Shown piece by piece: positions 51,406-62,886 of a stretch of 64,000 nucleotides of DNA (the first letter of the stretch is position 1; each line of letters opens with the position of its first letter). A program made the position numbers and the translations under genes. Below the pieces are notes generated by a model. The model saw only the letters and a program-made list of their open reading frames with translations. It was not told the DNA's origin and did no database searches. Source of the DNA: Leptogorgia sarmentosa (lineage: Eukaryota); assembly GCA_964658305.1 (NCBI GenBank), contig OZ210885.1, positions 6,448,001 to 6,512,000 on the forward strand, in the 5' to 3' direction.

Positions 51406-53010
51406 TCAGTTGGTCTGCATAGGTTGGTGGGTTGTGGGTGAGATGTGTGAAGGGTTGGGAAGGGGGAAAGGTGCTTGGAAGTTGGTGTTGAATGGTGGTT
51501 GTTTTTTTGATGTGAGGTTGAGGTGAGGCATTGGTGGTGTTTTCTTATTTGGATGGGTAAATTGGGGGAAAGGGTAGGAAGGCAATGAGGTTCGGGGAGT
51601 ATTGGTGAATGGTGGTGGATAATAATTTGGTCTGGTGAAGGGAGGGCCTGAATTATTTGAGGGATGGTAGGGTTTTCTTCTGGGTGTTCTCTTTGGTGTG
51701 GTGTTGTAATAGCTAGCCTTGATATTCATGGCAAAAATTTTGACGCCATGTTGATTCAGGTGTTTTTTGTCGTGGAGGTCATCTTTGTGGATGTTCTTGT
51801 GTTCAACGAGGACGGTGTTGGGAGATTTTCCTACAATTTCTTGCAGGTTGTTGTTTATGTCATGTGCTCGTTGGTTTAGGGTGTCTTTTCGTGGTAGGAG
51901 GGAGGAAATTAGGATTCTGCAGTTGGGGTATTTTTCTTTTATTGTTTTTATAATTTCTTTATATTTGAGTAGGAGGTGGTGGTTTGATTTTTGGTGTTCC
52001 AGGTCGTTTGTTCCTGTATGGATAATAAGGGTGTTTGGGTTGGGTAGTGTTTCATCATTGAGGATTTCTTGGGCTTTGGATAGGGTGGGACAGCGGATGT
52101 ATTTTGTGGTTGAGTCGGGGCATAGGATATTTGGTTGTAGAAAGCGGCCGTTGCTGTCGCATAGGATGATGGTTTGGTGGTTGATAGGATGTTCGGTCGT
52201 TGCTGGGGGGGTATGTTGTGGGGTTTGTGAGGATTGAGGAGTTTCAGGTTTTTGGGTGGTTTCTTCACTTTCATGGGAGGTGTGTTCGTCAGTGTTGTTT
52301 GATTTTTCAGGTGTTGTTTCAGGTTCATTGTGGTGGTTCAGGGTTTCGTAGCTGTTTGAGGTTGGGATGTTATAGGTGATTTCTTCACTGGTTGGTGATA
52401 GTGCAGGTGGGTTTGTGGTTTCTTCTTCTTCTTTGTGTACTGGGGAGGTAAGGTGGGAGAATTTTTCTTCGAGCTTCTGGTGTTTGTCGTTCAGAGTTTT
52501 GATTTTTGTTTCCATTTCAAGTTGTTTAATTTTAAAGTCACAGATGGTTTCTTGTTTTTGTTTGTTTAGTTTTTTAAGTTCTGTTACTTCATTTTGTAGG
52601 TGGTTGATTTCGTTTTCTTTCTGCTCCAGGTGTGATGAGAGTTCATCGATGTGTTTGTTATTGTCTTTTTTGTATAGCACGAATTCTGCTTCGAGGTTGG
52701 CAAGTTGTGATTTGAAGTTATTGAAGATTCTTTCTCGAGCTGGAGTGGTGTCGTTTGTTGATGGCGTGGATAGATTTTCTGTTTTGGTTTTGTTTAGGAT
52801 GTTGTCGGTGAAGAGTTTTGTCTTTTCTAGGTTCCATTTTTCTTCATCAGGTTGGTTTACCATGTTGAGTAGATGATCGAACTCTGATTTTCCCCATTGT
52901 TTGATCACGCGTTCGTTTGGTCCTTGTATGTTGATCCGTCCTGTTGTGATGTCGACTGTAATTGTTAGGATGTTGTCTTTTTCTTTCGCGTATAGGTTGA
53001 TGATGATCTT
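51406..53010 (-). CDS. LINE ORF1: coiled coil + SGNH/GDSL esterase-like domain; 5' end missing, probable frameshift near the 3' end
   Basis: Heptad-rich segment, then IILCDSNG, HTGTNDL and DKKH (SGNH blocks I, III and V). The first ~19 codons of the listed ORF are satellite read-through. Confidence 0.82.
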   Translation of the reverse strand, partial: KIIINLYAKEKDNILTITVDITTGRINIQGPNERVIKQWGKSEFDHLLNMVNQPDEEKWNLEKTKLFTDNILNKTKTENLSTPSTNDTTPARERIFNNFKSQLANLEAEFVLYKKDNNKHIDELSSHLEQKENEINHLQNEVTELKKLNKQKQETICDFKIKQLEMETKIKTLNDKHQKLEEKFSHLTSPVHKEEEETTNPPALSPTSEEITYNIPTSNSYETLNHHNEPETTPEKSNNTDEHTSHESEETTQKPETPQSSQTPQHTPPATTEHPINHQTIILCDSNGRFLQPNILCPDSTTKYIRCPTLSKAQEILNDETLPNPNTLIIHTGTNDLEHQKSNHHLLLKYKEIIKTIKEKYPNCRILISSLLPRKDTLNQRAHDINNNLQEIVGKSPNTVLVEHKNIHKDDLHDKKHLNQHGVKIFAMNIKASYYNTTPKRTPRRKPYHPSNNSGPPFTRPNYYPPPFTNTPRTSLPSYPFPQFTHPNKKTPPMPHLNLTSKKQPPFNTNFQAPFPLPNPSHISPTTHQPMQTN

Positions 53011-53248
53011 GGTTAGCCTTAACTTTTTGGTTGATTTTGGGCACTTTTTCAACTTTTGAAAACACCTCAAATATCAATGCAAACCACTTGACAGTGTTTT
53101 TAAATGCATTTGGAGTGTTTTTAAATGATTTTTGAGTGATGTTAAAAAAGTTGAAAAATGTGGCCAAAATCGACCAAAAAGTAAAGGGTTTTATTTAAAA
53201 AACCTTAACTTCTTCGTCAATTTTGGCCACTTTTTCAACTTTTGAAAA
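53011..53248. repeat. Remainder of the ~175-bp satellite
   Basis: Resumes the unit at GGTTAGCCTTAACTTTTTGG, where it broke off at 47289. Confidence 0.9.
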
Positions 53249-54767
53249 ACAAAATGAAGCCTACAATGATGAAAACAACGAAATCAAGACGAAATTGACA
53301 GAACAAGGCGACCCTTGCAACGATTCGAAATGTAAAGAATTCTCAGTCGAAATCATCCACAAAGACGAAACAGTACTAACGATTACTATATTCGTAATAA
53401 CAAAGGGTAGAATACAAATACAAGGTGATGAAAATATGGGAAAGCGAGGAATTCGACCACATGCTCGCCATTGTAAACGATGAAGAACCCAAAGCCTGCA
53501 CAACGACATTCTTGAACAAAATCCTGCAGAAAGAATCCACCACCACCACTGAAGCCAACAACGAATCAGACAACTTCCCAGGAGAAAAAACATTCACAAT
53601 ATTAAAAAAACATTATCACCAACTTGGAATCCGAATACAAGTAAAATCAAATGCTCAATAAAAAAGATAAAGAGATAGAAGCACTAAAAGAGGAAATCAA
53701 CAACCTAAAAACTACGAGCAGTATCAGCAACTAAAGCCTAGAACACATAAAAATAGAAGAGAACACCAAATATATACAAAATGAACTGAAAAATTAAAAG
53801 AAAAAAGAAAGCAAAAGGACGAAACCACCCACAGACACAATCTCCACCTGCACTATTCCCACAACAAACCGCTTCAACATTCTAGTGGAGAAAAACACCT
53901 CACCCACCTCAAATACCACCTCAACGTCAGAAACCACCACCACAACTCCAGAAGAGCCCACAACCACACAACCACCCAAGACAATCAACACTGAGACCAT
54001 AATCCTATGTGACAGCAATGGACGATACCTGAAACCATCCTTGCTGTGCCCAAATACAACCACCCAATACATACGATGTCCCACCCTATCACACAGCATC
54101 GACATCTTAAAGGAAACACAATTCTCTGAAGCAAAATCCTTCATAGTTCATTGTGGCACCAATGACATCGAAGAATTAAACGCCAGTGTAACCTTACAAA
54201 AACTACAAACATTAGAAAGTCAGCTGCACAAGAAACACCCATAGGCCTGTGTGATCATATCACCACGAGCAGATACCCTAAACAAAACAGTAAACTCCAT
54301 CAATGAAGAAATCAAAAAAGAATTTAAGGACACACCCCACACAGTTACTGTAAACCACACCAACATAACACAGCACATTGAACAACTCAGCAGGTACATC
54401 AAACAAGCAAGATGAAAACTGCAAGTGTACTTCAATACTTTACATTTTATTCCCAATTTATATATATATATATATATATACATATACAAAATGTATAACA
54501 ATGTGCCCTCCCGGTTATCACCATAATGGCCTTATGGCAACTCCTGAACTTGGGCAAAGGATGTACGGTTACACATTGTGAGGGAGGATTGCATTGTGGA
54601 GTCACCAGAGTGCTCAAACTGCAAGCAGTGAGCAATGCATATTGCAAATAGTGAATGTCTAATAAAGACTCTCCACCCAATCCAAGGGAGTGCTCAAACT
54701 GCATGAGCAGTGAGCGAAATATATACATATACAAAACGTATAACAATGTGCCCTCCCGGTTATCACC

Positions 54768-54798
<31 letters not shown>

Positions 54799-55103
54799 AT
54801 ATATACAAAGCCTGTGACCTGAGAATACTAAACGGTCGAACCCTTGGTGACTCATTAGGTCAACCAACATTTCATGGAAAGAATAGTATAAGTACAATTG
54901 ATCATATAATCTGCAACCAAAACCTTCTACACAACACCAAACATCTCATTCTCAACCCCTCCCCCCCCCCCCAACTATCTTTCTGACCACAGTCAAGTTG
55001 TTGGCTGGTTTTACCTAAAAGCAGTCAACAACCCTGATGCAAACATAGATAACACATACACTGAACAACCCAAATTAGAACTACCAATGCAATATACATG
55101 GGA
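53249..55103 (+). pseudogene. Third, more diverged RTEX-like LINE relic (ORF1 and an APE fragment)
   Basis: Motifs VLTITIFVITKGRIQIQG, TIILCDSNGRYL and HCGTNDI; CDLRILNGRTLGDSLG...LSDHSQV at ~54810-55010. Many frameshifts. Confidence 0.85.
54459..54792. mobile_element. 245-bp unit with a 49-bp terminal direct repeat in (TA)n; Penelope-like terminal repeat
   Basis: TATACATATACAAAA(T/C)GTATAACAATGTGCCCTCCCGGTTATCACCATA at 54477-54525 and 54722-54770, with (TA)n on both sides. Confidence 0.55.
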
Positions 55104-55941
55104 TCATAGACCATCAAAGGAATGGACTTGAAACACAGGCTAAAACTACCGAACATCTGTGATACGCTTTATTTGGAACCCTGTAACTTCACATTAAATC
55201 CATTCCAGGACTTCGTATGTCACACCCCCCCAGCTTTTCAAAATCGGTCGAAAGTCGGTCCCGAAAATGCATGTCAGATAATTACCAGTTCGGTCCCCGA
55301 AAATCTGATATACTAGGTAGATTAAGATATATTTAATTGAGATAAATTAAACTTTATATTAATGTAATAAGATAAAAAAAGAAACATGTGTTAATGTACT
55401 CCGAACTGCATTGCCCTTGGTGAATAAAATAGTGAGTTTCAATTTCAAAAGCAAACAGCTCATTTTGATTAAGCGTATTTTGATTTTTTAAATTTGACCG
55501 ACAGCAAAGTGCCTTGAGATTTCACATTATCTTGTAAACAATGTCTCATATGTCTGACCCGGGGCTGGCACAGGACTTGTCATTATCTTGACATCTTGTA
55601 AACAATGTCTCATATTTCTGACCCGGCGTTTGGCACATCAAACACGCAGTCGTTAAACAAGAAAACAGTAAATTATTAAATCAAGAAAATATTGGATAGT
55701 TGGTACAAAGAGTCTAAGACTTTACCAAGACTAGTAAAGACTAGTAAATACTGGGAAATCGTCAGCAGTTCTGGACTTCTGGAAGTCATTCCAGGTATGT
55801 TCCATATGTATATTTTATGCTGAATTGGCCAAATGGCTAGACACTTGCTGTATTCTCATTTTGTTGTTTTGTGGCTATGTTACTCACAGTAACAGTTACT
55901 CACAGTTAGACTTGAACGGTAAGAACTGTTTTACTTTATAG

Positions 55942-56990
55942 CGAGTGTTTGGCATCTCAAACGAAATGTAACGTGTGGCTTGTGCAAAAAAGTGTTTGAC
56001 AATGACCACAAGGGAAAACACTGCAAGGCCATGCACCCCGAATATACTGCTAGCACGTTGCCCCTACTCATCAAGAATCAAAGACAGTTGGTTTGTCTAT
56101 ATATTATTATGTCTTTCTTGTAATGCTTTGTGATTTCTACCAATTCTGGTGAAATCGTCAGAATTAAAGTAAAGTCACGGACTTGCAGAGTCTGGACCTC
56201 TAGTCCAACGCTGAAATAATGTAACATGATAGACATGATACAGCAAAATATAATTCAATTAGAAACAAAATGCGATTCAATTATTTGCATTAGCATTCTA
56301 GTTTTCAGTCGTTACACTGTAGTCTGTAGGCCATATTAGGTCGATATACATATAATGTAAAACATTTGTCATACTGTATATGCATGCATGATTTTTTTTT
56401 GTTATTTCATCATAGTCATTCGGTGATTTTGGTCCGAAAAATAAGGATGGGTCGAATAGTTCCATGGATACTTCAAGCTGTTCAACTACTTCGTCGCTGC
56501 CGACAGAAGGAAGAGAACTGCAGGAATCTGAACAAGTTCATTTTTTTTACCTTCAAGATAGTACCAACTACCAAATACCAAGTTGAGAACTTGAGATGAC
56601 ATACATTAAAGTGTAATTTAACATAAATATATACTTTTACAGTTGACTGTTACAGCCAGGGATATTTTTACATTGACAAAAGAAGTGAATGAAAATCTTT
56701 CTTGGTTTGAAGAAGAAAACCTGGACGATTCTGCCCCTGGACCTTCTATTGGCAGCGTTTCGCCTGGAATTACGCCTGTACGTAATGTATATAATGTAGC
56801 TAATAGCTAATTATTATTATCACTTTCTACAACTATTTTGTTTTACAACATTTGTAATAACTTGTTCAGGACCTTATACTTGGTAAACGATCATGGTCAG
56901 AGCCTGCAAAATTTGAAGAAAAGCGCTTGTGAAAAGACAACGAAAGTCCAATTAATAGTCAGAAAATTTACTCGGAAAACGGATTTTTAA
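55942..56990 (+). pseudogene. Spliced relic with an N-terminal C2H2/BED-like zinc finger
   Basis: Exon 55942-56090 encodes VTCGLCKKVFDNDHKGKHCKAMH. Further AG/GT-bounded Ser- and acid-rich segments near 56415-56540 and 56643-56777. Confidence 0.4.
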
Positions 56991-57460
56991 AGATGGTGGT
57001 CAAACTGCATTGGTGTATGGAACTACAGGACTATGTTAATTGTGATTTCATACACCCGTGAGCCACGCAGAGTAAAACATTAACTTCATCAATACTATGG
57101 CTTTCTTGCGGCCCGTTTCCCCCGGGATGTTGAAGTAGGCAGTGTCCCTATTGGCTCCTCCCACTTCTACGGCAGCTTTCTGGATTTCAGACTTTCCAAA
57201 AGGTAACCCTTCTCCAGTCCCCTTCGGAATATTTTCGAAGTGAACTGCCAGTGTATTTTCTCGCACGAACGTGCTTATCTGAAGAAGCATTAAGAGAGGT
57301 AAAATATAGAGTAACGTTGACGCATGTTTACCATTATATAATTCTATATGTATAGCAGTACTAACTTCTTCCGCTGAAGAATTTTTGAAGCTATCTGCAA
57401 ACCATCGCCCAAATTCTTCCAGCACTTCGTTGGCTGTCTTCTCTTGCGTTGGCTGCACAG

Positions 57461-57722
57461 ACAATGACACAATGACACACAATCATTTCGGTAAAAATAT
57501 TTTTTCTAATACCATCAGTCACTCAATGCCCCGAGTAAATCAAAGGAAAAGATAATGCCTATTTACAATTTATTTGCAATACCTACACTTTCCTTTGATT
57601 TACTCGAGGCATTGAGTGACTGATGGTATTAGAAAAAATATTTTTACCAAAATGATTGTGTGTTATTGTCATTGTGTCATTGTCATTGTGTCATTGTCAT
57701 TGTGTGTCATTGTCATTGTGTG
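57461..57722. repeat. Fold-back element with ~90-bp arms ending in ACAATG/CATTGT repeats
   Basis: 57469-57549 is nearly the perfect reverse complement of 57588-57670; short-period repeats at both ends. Confidence 0.8.
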
Positions 57723-58528
57723 TCAGGAAATCTGTAAGCAAATCAAGGGTCTGTACTCTGTAGTAATTTTCATGAAGCATTAAACTTACTGTCAGAAACG
57801 CTTTTCTTTCATCTGCGAAATACTGCATGACCCCCTCCGCTATATCGAGGATGCTGATTGGAATTTCTATTCCCTTATTTTGCACAACTCGTCAACATTT
57901 TCATCGCCAGCCAATGTAATGTCCCACTACGGTTAACAATACGTGGAGACACCTGTAAGCCTATGAAACGACGAACAACCAATTTCAGTAGAAATTCACC
58001 GATGCTATAACTCGTGAGTTTTAGTTTATTCTGAAGGTCGGTCACCAAAATGGAAAATGTGTGTTATTTCTTCTTCCAAACTGAAATGAAGCAATGTTTA
58101 CCTGATGAAATTCTTCTTATCTTTCGATAAGTTATCTGTATGAATCATCTTGTCGGACAATTCATTAGCATATTCAATATACTTTTCCTTTGCTTCCGGG
58201 GAATATGAGTACTCGCGACCACCTGTCTTGTGTTGCTCGAAAATTGTTGAATAAATATCTAAAAAACGAAACGTGCATAAGTAAGGGATGGATGGATGGG
58301 TTACACCACGGTTAGTAGACCTAGATGGTTAGGCTAGCAGCAAAACTTCAAAGAGGGCGGCAAATGATGTTGGGGATCAAAGAGAAAAATATCACGTGAT
58401 GCGAAGTGTTCATTGACCGAGCTTCGCAACTTGTAATTTGATACTTCCGAGGAGTGGTTTGACACAATCAAAAGCATTTTGTTTGCTTTATAGCTGCTGC
58501 AGCCGGTCTAAAATTTTTGTTTCTTGTT

Positions 58529-59493
58529 ATGGAGCGTGAAATGAATGTCAATCTTGAGTTAGCCAACATTTAGAAGAAAAATTAGCGGATGAGGCAGAGG
58601 AACGTCGCTTAGAGTCTGAGATTTCAGAAGTTGGTGATTTATATCATATGAATATTTCTGTCGATCTTGCAAATCGTGATCTTACTGAGGCTGACGTTAC
58701 AGAAGTAGATCAAGAGTTTATTGATGCTTTGGTTGAAATCGAAGGTCAGAAAGAATTTCCTTGCACGAAGTGTGGTAAACACAGGTCTTTGTCAAGCTAC
58801 AACAGCTTCAATTGTGGAAAGCTGCTCGAGGATTTCTATGGCTTAATACCGAGATCATGGGAATTGTTGAACTGTGGGGACTTCAAAGTAGCAAACCTGA
58901 TTATGATTCACATTCCAGATCATTTAGTTGGCTTTTCTAACATAATGGCGAATCTAGCTCTGGTGCTGAACAACCTGTCAAAATCAATCCAGCTGAACTT
59001 GGGCCTCTTTCCTATGTTGGTGGGTATGTTGTCTCACAACAAAAGGAAAGTCTAGCCCACAAAATGAGGAACTTCAAGCATTACTGCAGAATATGAAATC
59101 TGCAGAGTTGAACAGTCTCATATCAGCCCGGACAAGAGGTGGCTTGGTCACACTATGCAATGATTTGGTAGGAATCTTAGAGGAAGCCTAAGTCCTTTTT
59201 AGACGCGAAATTAGCAAATCCAAACTGGTTCTAAGGAATATACCTACTGACAAGGTATGCCTTTCTACGCTGGAGTCCCCCACAGTAAAATCATTGTGGG
59301 ATAACATTGTACTCGCATCCGGGATAAATTCAGGTAGTTCCACTACAAAATTATGTTTGGAAAATGTTGTCAAACTTTATTTGAAAGTAAGATCTATGCT
59401 AAAGATTATGTAGTGAAATATAAGATGAGAGAAAAGGAAGTGAAAAAAAGGGCACTTAGAAAGGACATGAAACAAAAGTCTGATGGGAAATGA
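58529..59493 (+). pseudogene. Second gene of the P element: acidic N-terminus, C2H2-finger start, P-transposase C-terminal-like domain
   Basis: Read across about 4 frameshifts and 1 stop: FPCTKCGK ... ELGPLSYVGGYVV ... SLISARTRGGLVTL ... LENVVKLYLKVRS-YAKD ... ALRKDMK. AATAAA at 59579. Confidence 0.7.
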
Positions 59494-59863
59494 ACTGTAT
59501 GTAAATAGTGTAAATAGTAGAGGAACCATGTATTAAATAAGAACTTTTATTAGGGAAATACTGAACGTACCATGTTTTAATAAAGCTTTTTAAATATATC
59601 TTTTGCTGGCCTGGATTTTACAAAATTGAAATACTGTACTTTCAGTGGCGGAAATTCACATTTTAATAGTGAATTGTCAATAGATAGATCATTTGTTACT
59701 GTAATTAGCATCATGTTTATTCAAATCATTCCGAGCTTTCTACATTTCTTTAATGAAATCAGAATTACTGTACTCACTTCTGTGAAAGACAAAGGAAAAC
59801 TCAGAACAACTTTTCAAAATTCAAATGCTTACACACAAATCAACTTTCTATTTAGATAATAAA

Positions 59864-62800
59864 TCACTCCTTTTTCTTTCTATTATGCACTGGTTCGTCA
59901 CTTACTTTGTACCACTTCTCTTTCCCATAACGACCACCAACATTACCACATACAACCGGTGCAATATCCCTTTGTGCTGCAATGGTGAGGTCATTATAAC
60001 CAAATTGTTGTGCTGTTGGGTTGTCTGACCGTCCACCTTTTGCTCTTTGGTGCCCAAAGTAGTCTTCAACTACATCCTGCATAAATCTCTCGCTGAGAAC
60101 GTATTGAAATCCCTGAGCAAGCAAGAACTGAATTGCCTCAATATGGGAGTAGACAGAGATCTTGGGACCCTCATAGGTCTGAGTGGAAAGAAACATCTTC
60201 CCTCTGTCGTTAGCGGAGTATTCGCCATCTCTTGTCATTGTCGAATCTTTCCAACTATCCAGGTACGCCAAGAACACATCTTTCAGTCAGCTGAATCGCT
60301 CATCATCTGGGGAGGTGTATGGCTTGATGAATTGATTTCTTTTACTGACATGTTCAGTCATTGATCTCACATTTGTGCAGTCAAAGAAATCATTCATCAT
60401 TTTGCAGAAATTTGCTGTTGCAAGGACATCATCATCTCCATTTTCTTCCAGTGCTATAGCAACAGATGTACTTAAGACTTGGGTAGCCAACTTCACCTAA
60501 TAAATAAAAAATCAATGCAATTAATTATTTGCAACCATACAGCATATTTTACAACAATGACAGTTTGTTGTTACTCATTTGCTTATTATCGTGTTTGTAA
60601 TTAGGGAGGAAATAAATAAAAAGAGTAACAACAAAAATGCCTTATTAATATCCAAATACATTGCCCATCTGCTAGATGTATTTTACTAGAGTTCCTAAAT
60701 AGTACAGTATTATTTATTACCTTCATCTTACTGTACGACGTAAGAATAATATGATCCAACGTCAGCTTGGGAAGAGTGTGGAGAGCAAACTGTTGGTCGT
60801 TGTAGTACAGATTTGCAATGTGCTTGAATAAAAGATACTTCCCATCATTCCACATGTAACGGCTACATGAACCAGACCCAGAATTGTATAAGCAGTTCCT
60901 TGCAGTTTTTATCAAATGAGGGGAATCTGCAAAAAAGTAGATGGACCGTGACATTGCAAAAAGATTTGGTGTCTTGTATACAATATCACACTTCAGGTCA
61001 GCTGCTAATTTGGCATGGAGGCGGAAGAACTTGCGGTTCGGAGAAGCACCATCATTTACTGCAGCACACACCCACAGCTTCAGCGATATCTCCAGAGTAG
61101 AAACCACTTTCCAGAAAATGGGCATTAACTGGAATGATGTGACATTTCCTGTAAAGAAATATGCAATGACATGTTTTAAGTCAGTGCACATTCCTCTTAC
61201 AAGAAATGCCAACGCATCACTGGTCAAGGTATCTTCTTCTTGGAGGTTGGCAAAGTTGGTCATTGGATCCCCAAGATCAATAAATCCAATCAAATCCCCA
61301 GAATACTTATCAAAGACAAGATTTGATTGGATTTTCATTTCATCCATGACAACCACAACATATCTCTGCATATCATTGAAGTTAGCAGTTTTTCCTCACA
61401 AATCTTCAATGTTCTCACTGTTGATTCCTGCCTTTGGCCTGAAATAGTTTTTGCAGTCCCTTAGATCTCTCTCGCTTGGTAAAATCAATGCACCACTATC
61501 TCTCAGTTCTCAATATGCTGATGGCAACCTTCCATGAAGGGACAAAGCAAATCTGATGATCTGAGGGTGATATCTCCTTCCCATTTTCTTGGCTTGCAGA
61601 AGCTTCATTTGCTCTTGCCAGAAGAACTTCATATGTGGAGTAGCTTCCAGATTTTGCCCTGCCATTATTTTGAGGTCTTTCTCCAGCGAATCGCTAACAC
61701 TTACTCCCTCATCATTAATTTTTCTTTCCAACTTTTCCAGCTCATCTTCAAATGTCTTACACTTCAGTCTCACATGTCTAACTTTTCATGCCCACATGCC
61801 CACAGGTTGATGATGCCCTTGACTTTTTTCTTTCTGCTCTCTCCAGCATACTTCTAGCACTTGAGCATGGGCGACAAGATTCGTCTTCAGGGTTAGAAGT
61901 GTCCACAACTACTCTACAATCACCAGAACGATAGTTAACAGACACCTCAAAATGGGTTGGGGATAAACGTTTGGGGACTGAATGTCGGATAACTGTCCCT
62001 GGAAGTTGTTGGGTGATGTCTGAGGTTGGGTCAACGGCCACCGATTTTGTCAGATGATCTTCAGGCAATCCATCACACAAGCTGGAGTTCTCAACTAACG
62101 ACAGAAGTTCCTTAACCCCCTCACCTCTAATTGAACGCTTTCTCTCAGTGTAAATGGTGTGATCCTCTGGCAGGGGCCAATGGAATACCATAACAGTGAA
62201 TTCCAATGCTGAATTTACACTAACAGTGTATTTGGCAATACTGTGAACACCATCACACAACTTAAATTGCATGTTACTGTTTTCCACTTTTTCGGATTCC
62301 CATGGGGCAAATGACTCTTCATCTAGCTGTTCTAGCAACGACAACGACGACAAAGCAGAAGTAGATGGTTTAACTTCGGCCAGGAGAGGGGTTCGTACCA
62401 GGGTTCGCCGTTCCTTTGTCTCTATTTCATGGCTTCTCTTCGGTAAATTTTCGGTCGGAACGCTGCCAGTAACAAGAATTTTTCTTTTTGGATCTAAAGA
62501 TAGGTATAAATATTTGCGTAAGAGACATATTAACATTCGTATAAACACTATAAAGAGTTCTTTGCTCTACGACGTCATGTGGTCATTGTGCCATGTCGCA
62601 TTTGAATATCAAGCGCAAATATCAACTCAAACTTACTTGTTAAAATGCAATCTGGTTTGAATTGCAGCTCGCAAACATAGAGATTGCTCGCCTCGATATG
62701 TTTCTTTAACTCCGCCGTCAATTCTCTTGTTCGCAATATTAGACGAAGCCATTCTTCTCTTGCTTTTGTCTTCAATGCAACAGTATGTTCGCTATCGTCA

Positions 62801-62886
62801 TTGCGAGTAGCCAGTATTTTGAGCAAAGAAAGCCTGTGTTTTTGGCTTGTTGGGCAGCCAAAAAAGGTGCAATTACGCCCAGGCAT
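59864..62886 (-). pseudogene. THAP/P-element transposase, 3 exons, frameshifted
   Basis: THAP domain C-x4-C...W...CELQF...GSVPT. Introns at 62494-62636 and 60497-60720 (KMK|VKLATQ). Catalytic motifs DEMKI, NDGAS, DSPHLIKTARN and QDVVEDYFG. Confidence 0.9.

Larger units (their letters stand above)
47290..53010 (-). mobile_element. Nearly complete RTEX-like LINE (esterase ORF1 + APE-RT ORF2) inserted in the satellite
   Basis: AATAAA and A-tail at 47288-47310. Satellite on both sides; truncated at the 5' end within ORF1. Clade assignment inferred from domain layout. Confidence 0.85.

Noticed and set aside
53011..53070. Satellite-derived N-terminus as a functional ORF1 fusion
   Set aside because: Starts at TTG by chance read-through at the truncation junction; there is no evidence of expression.
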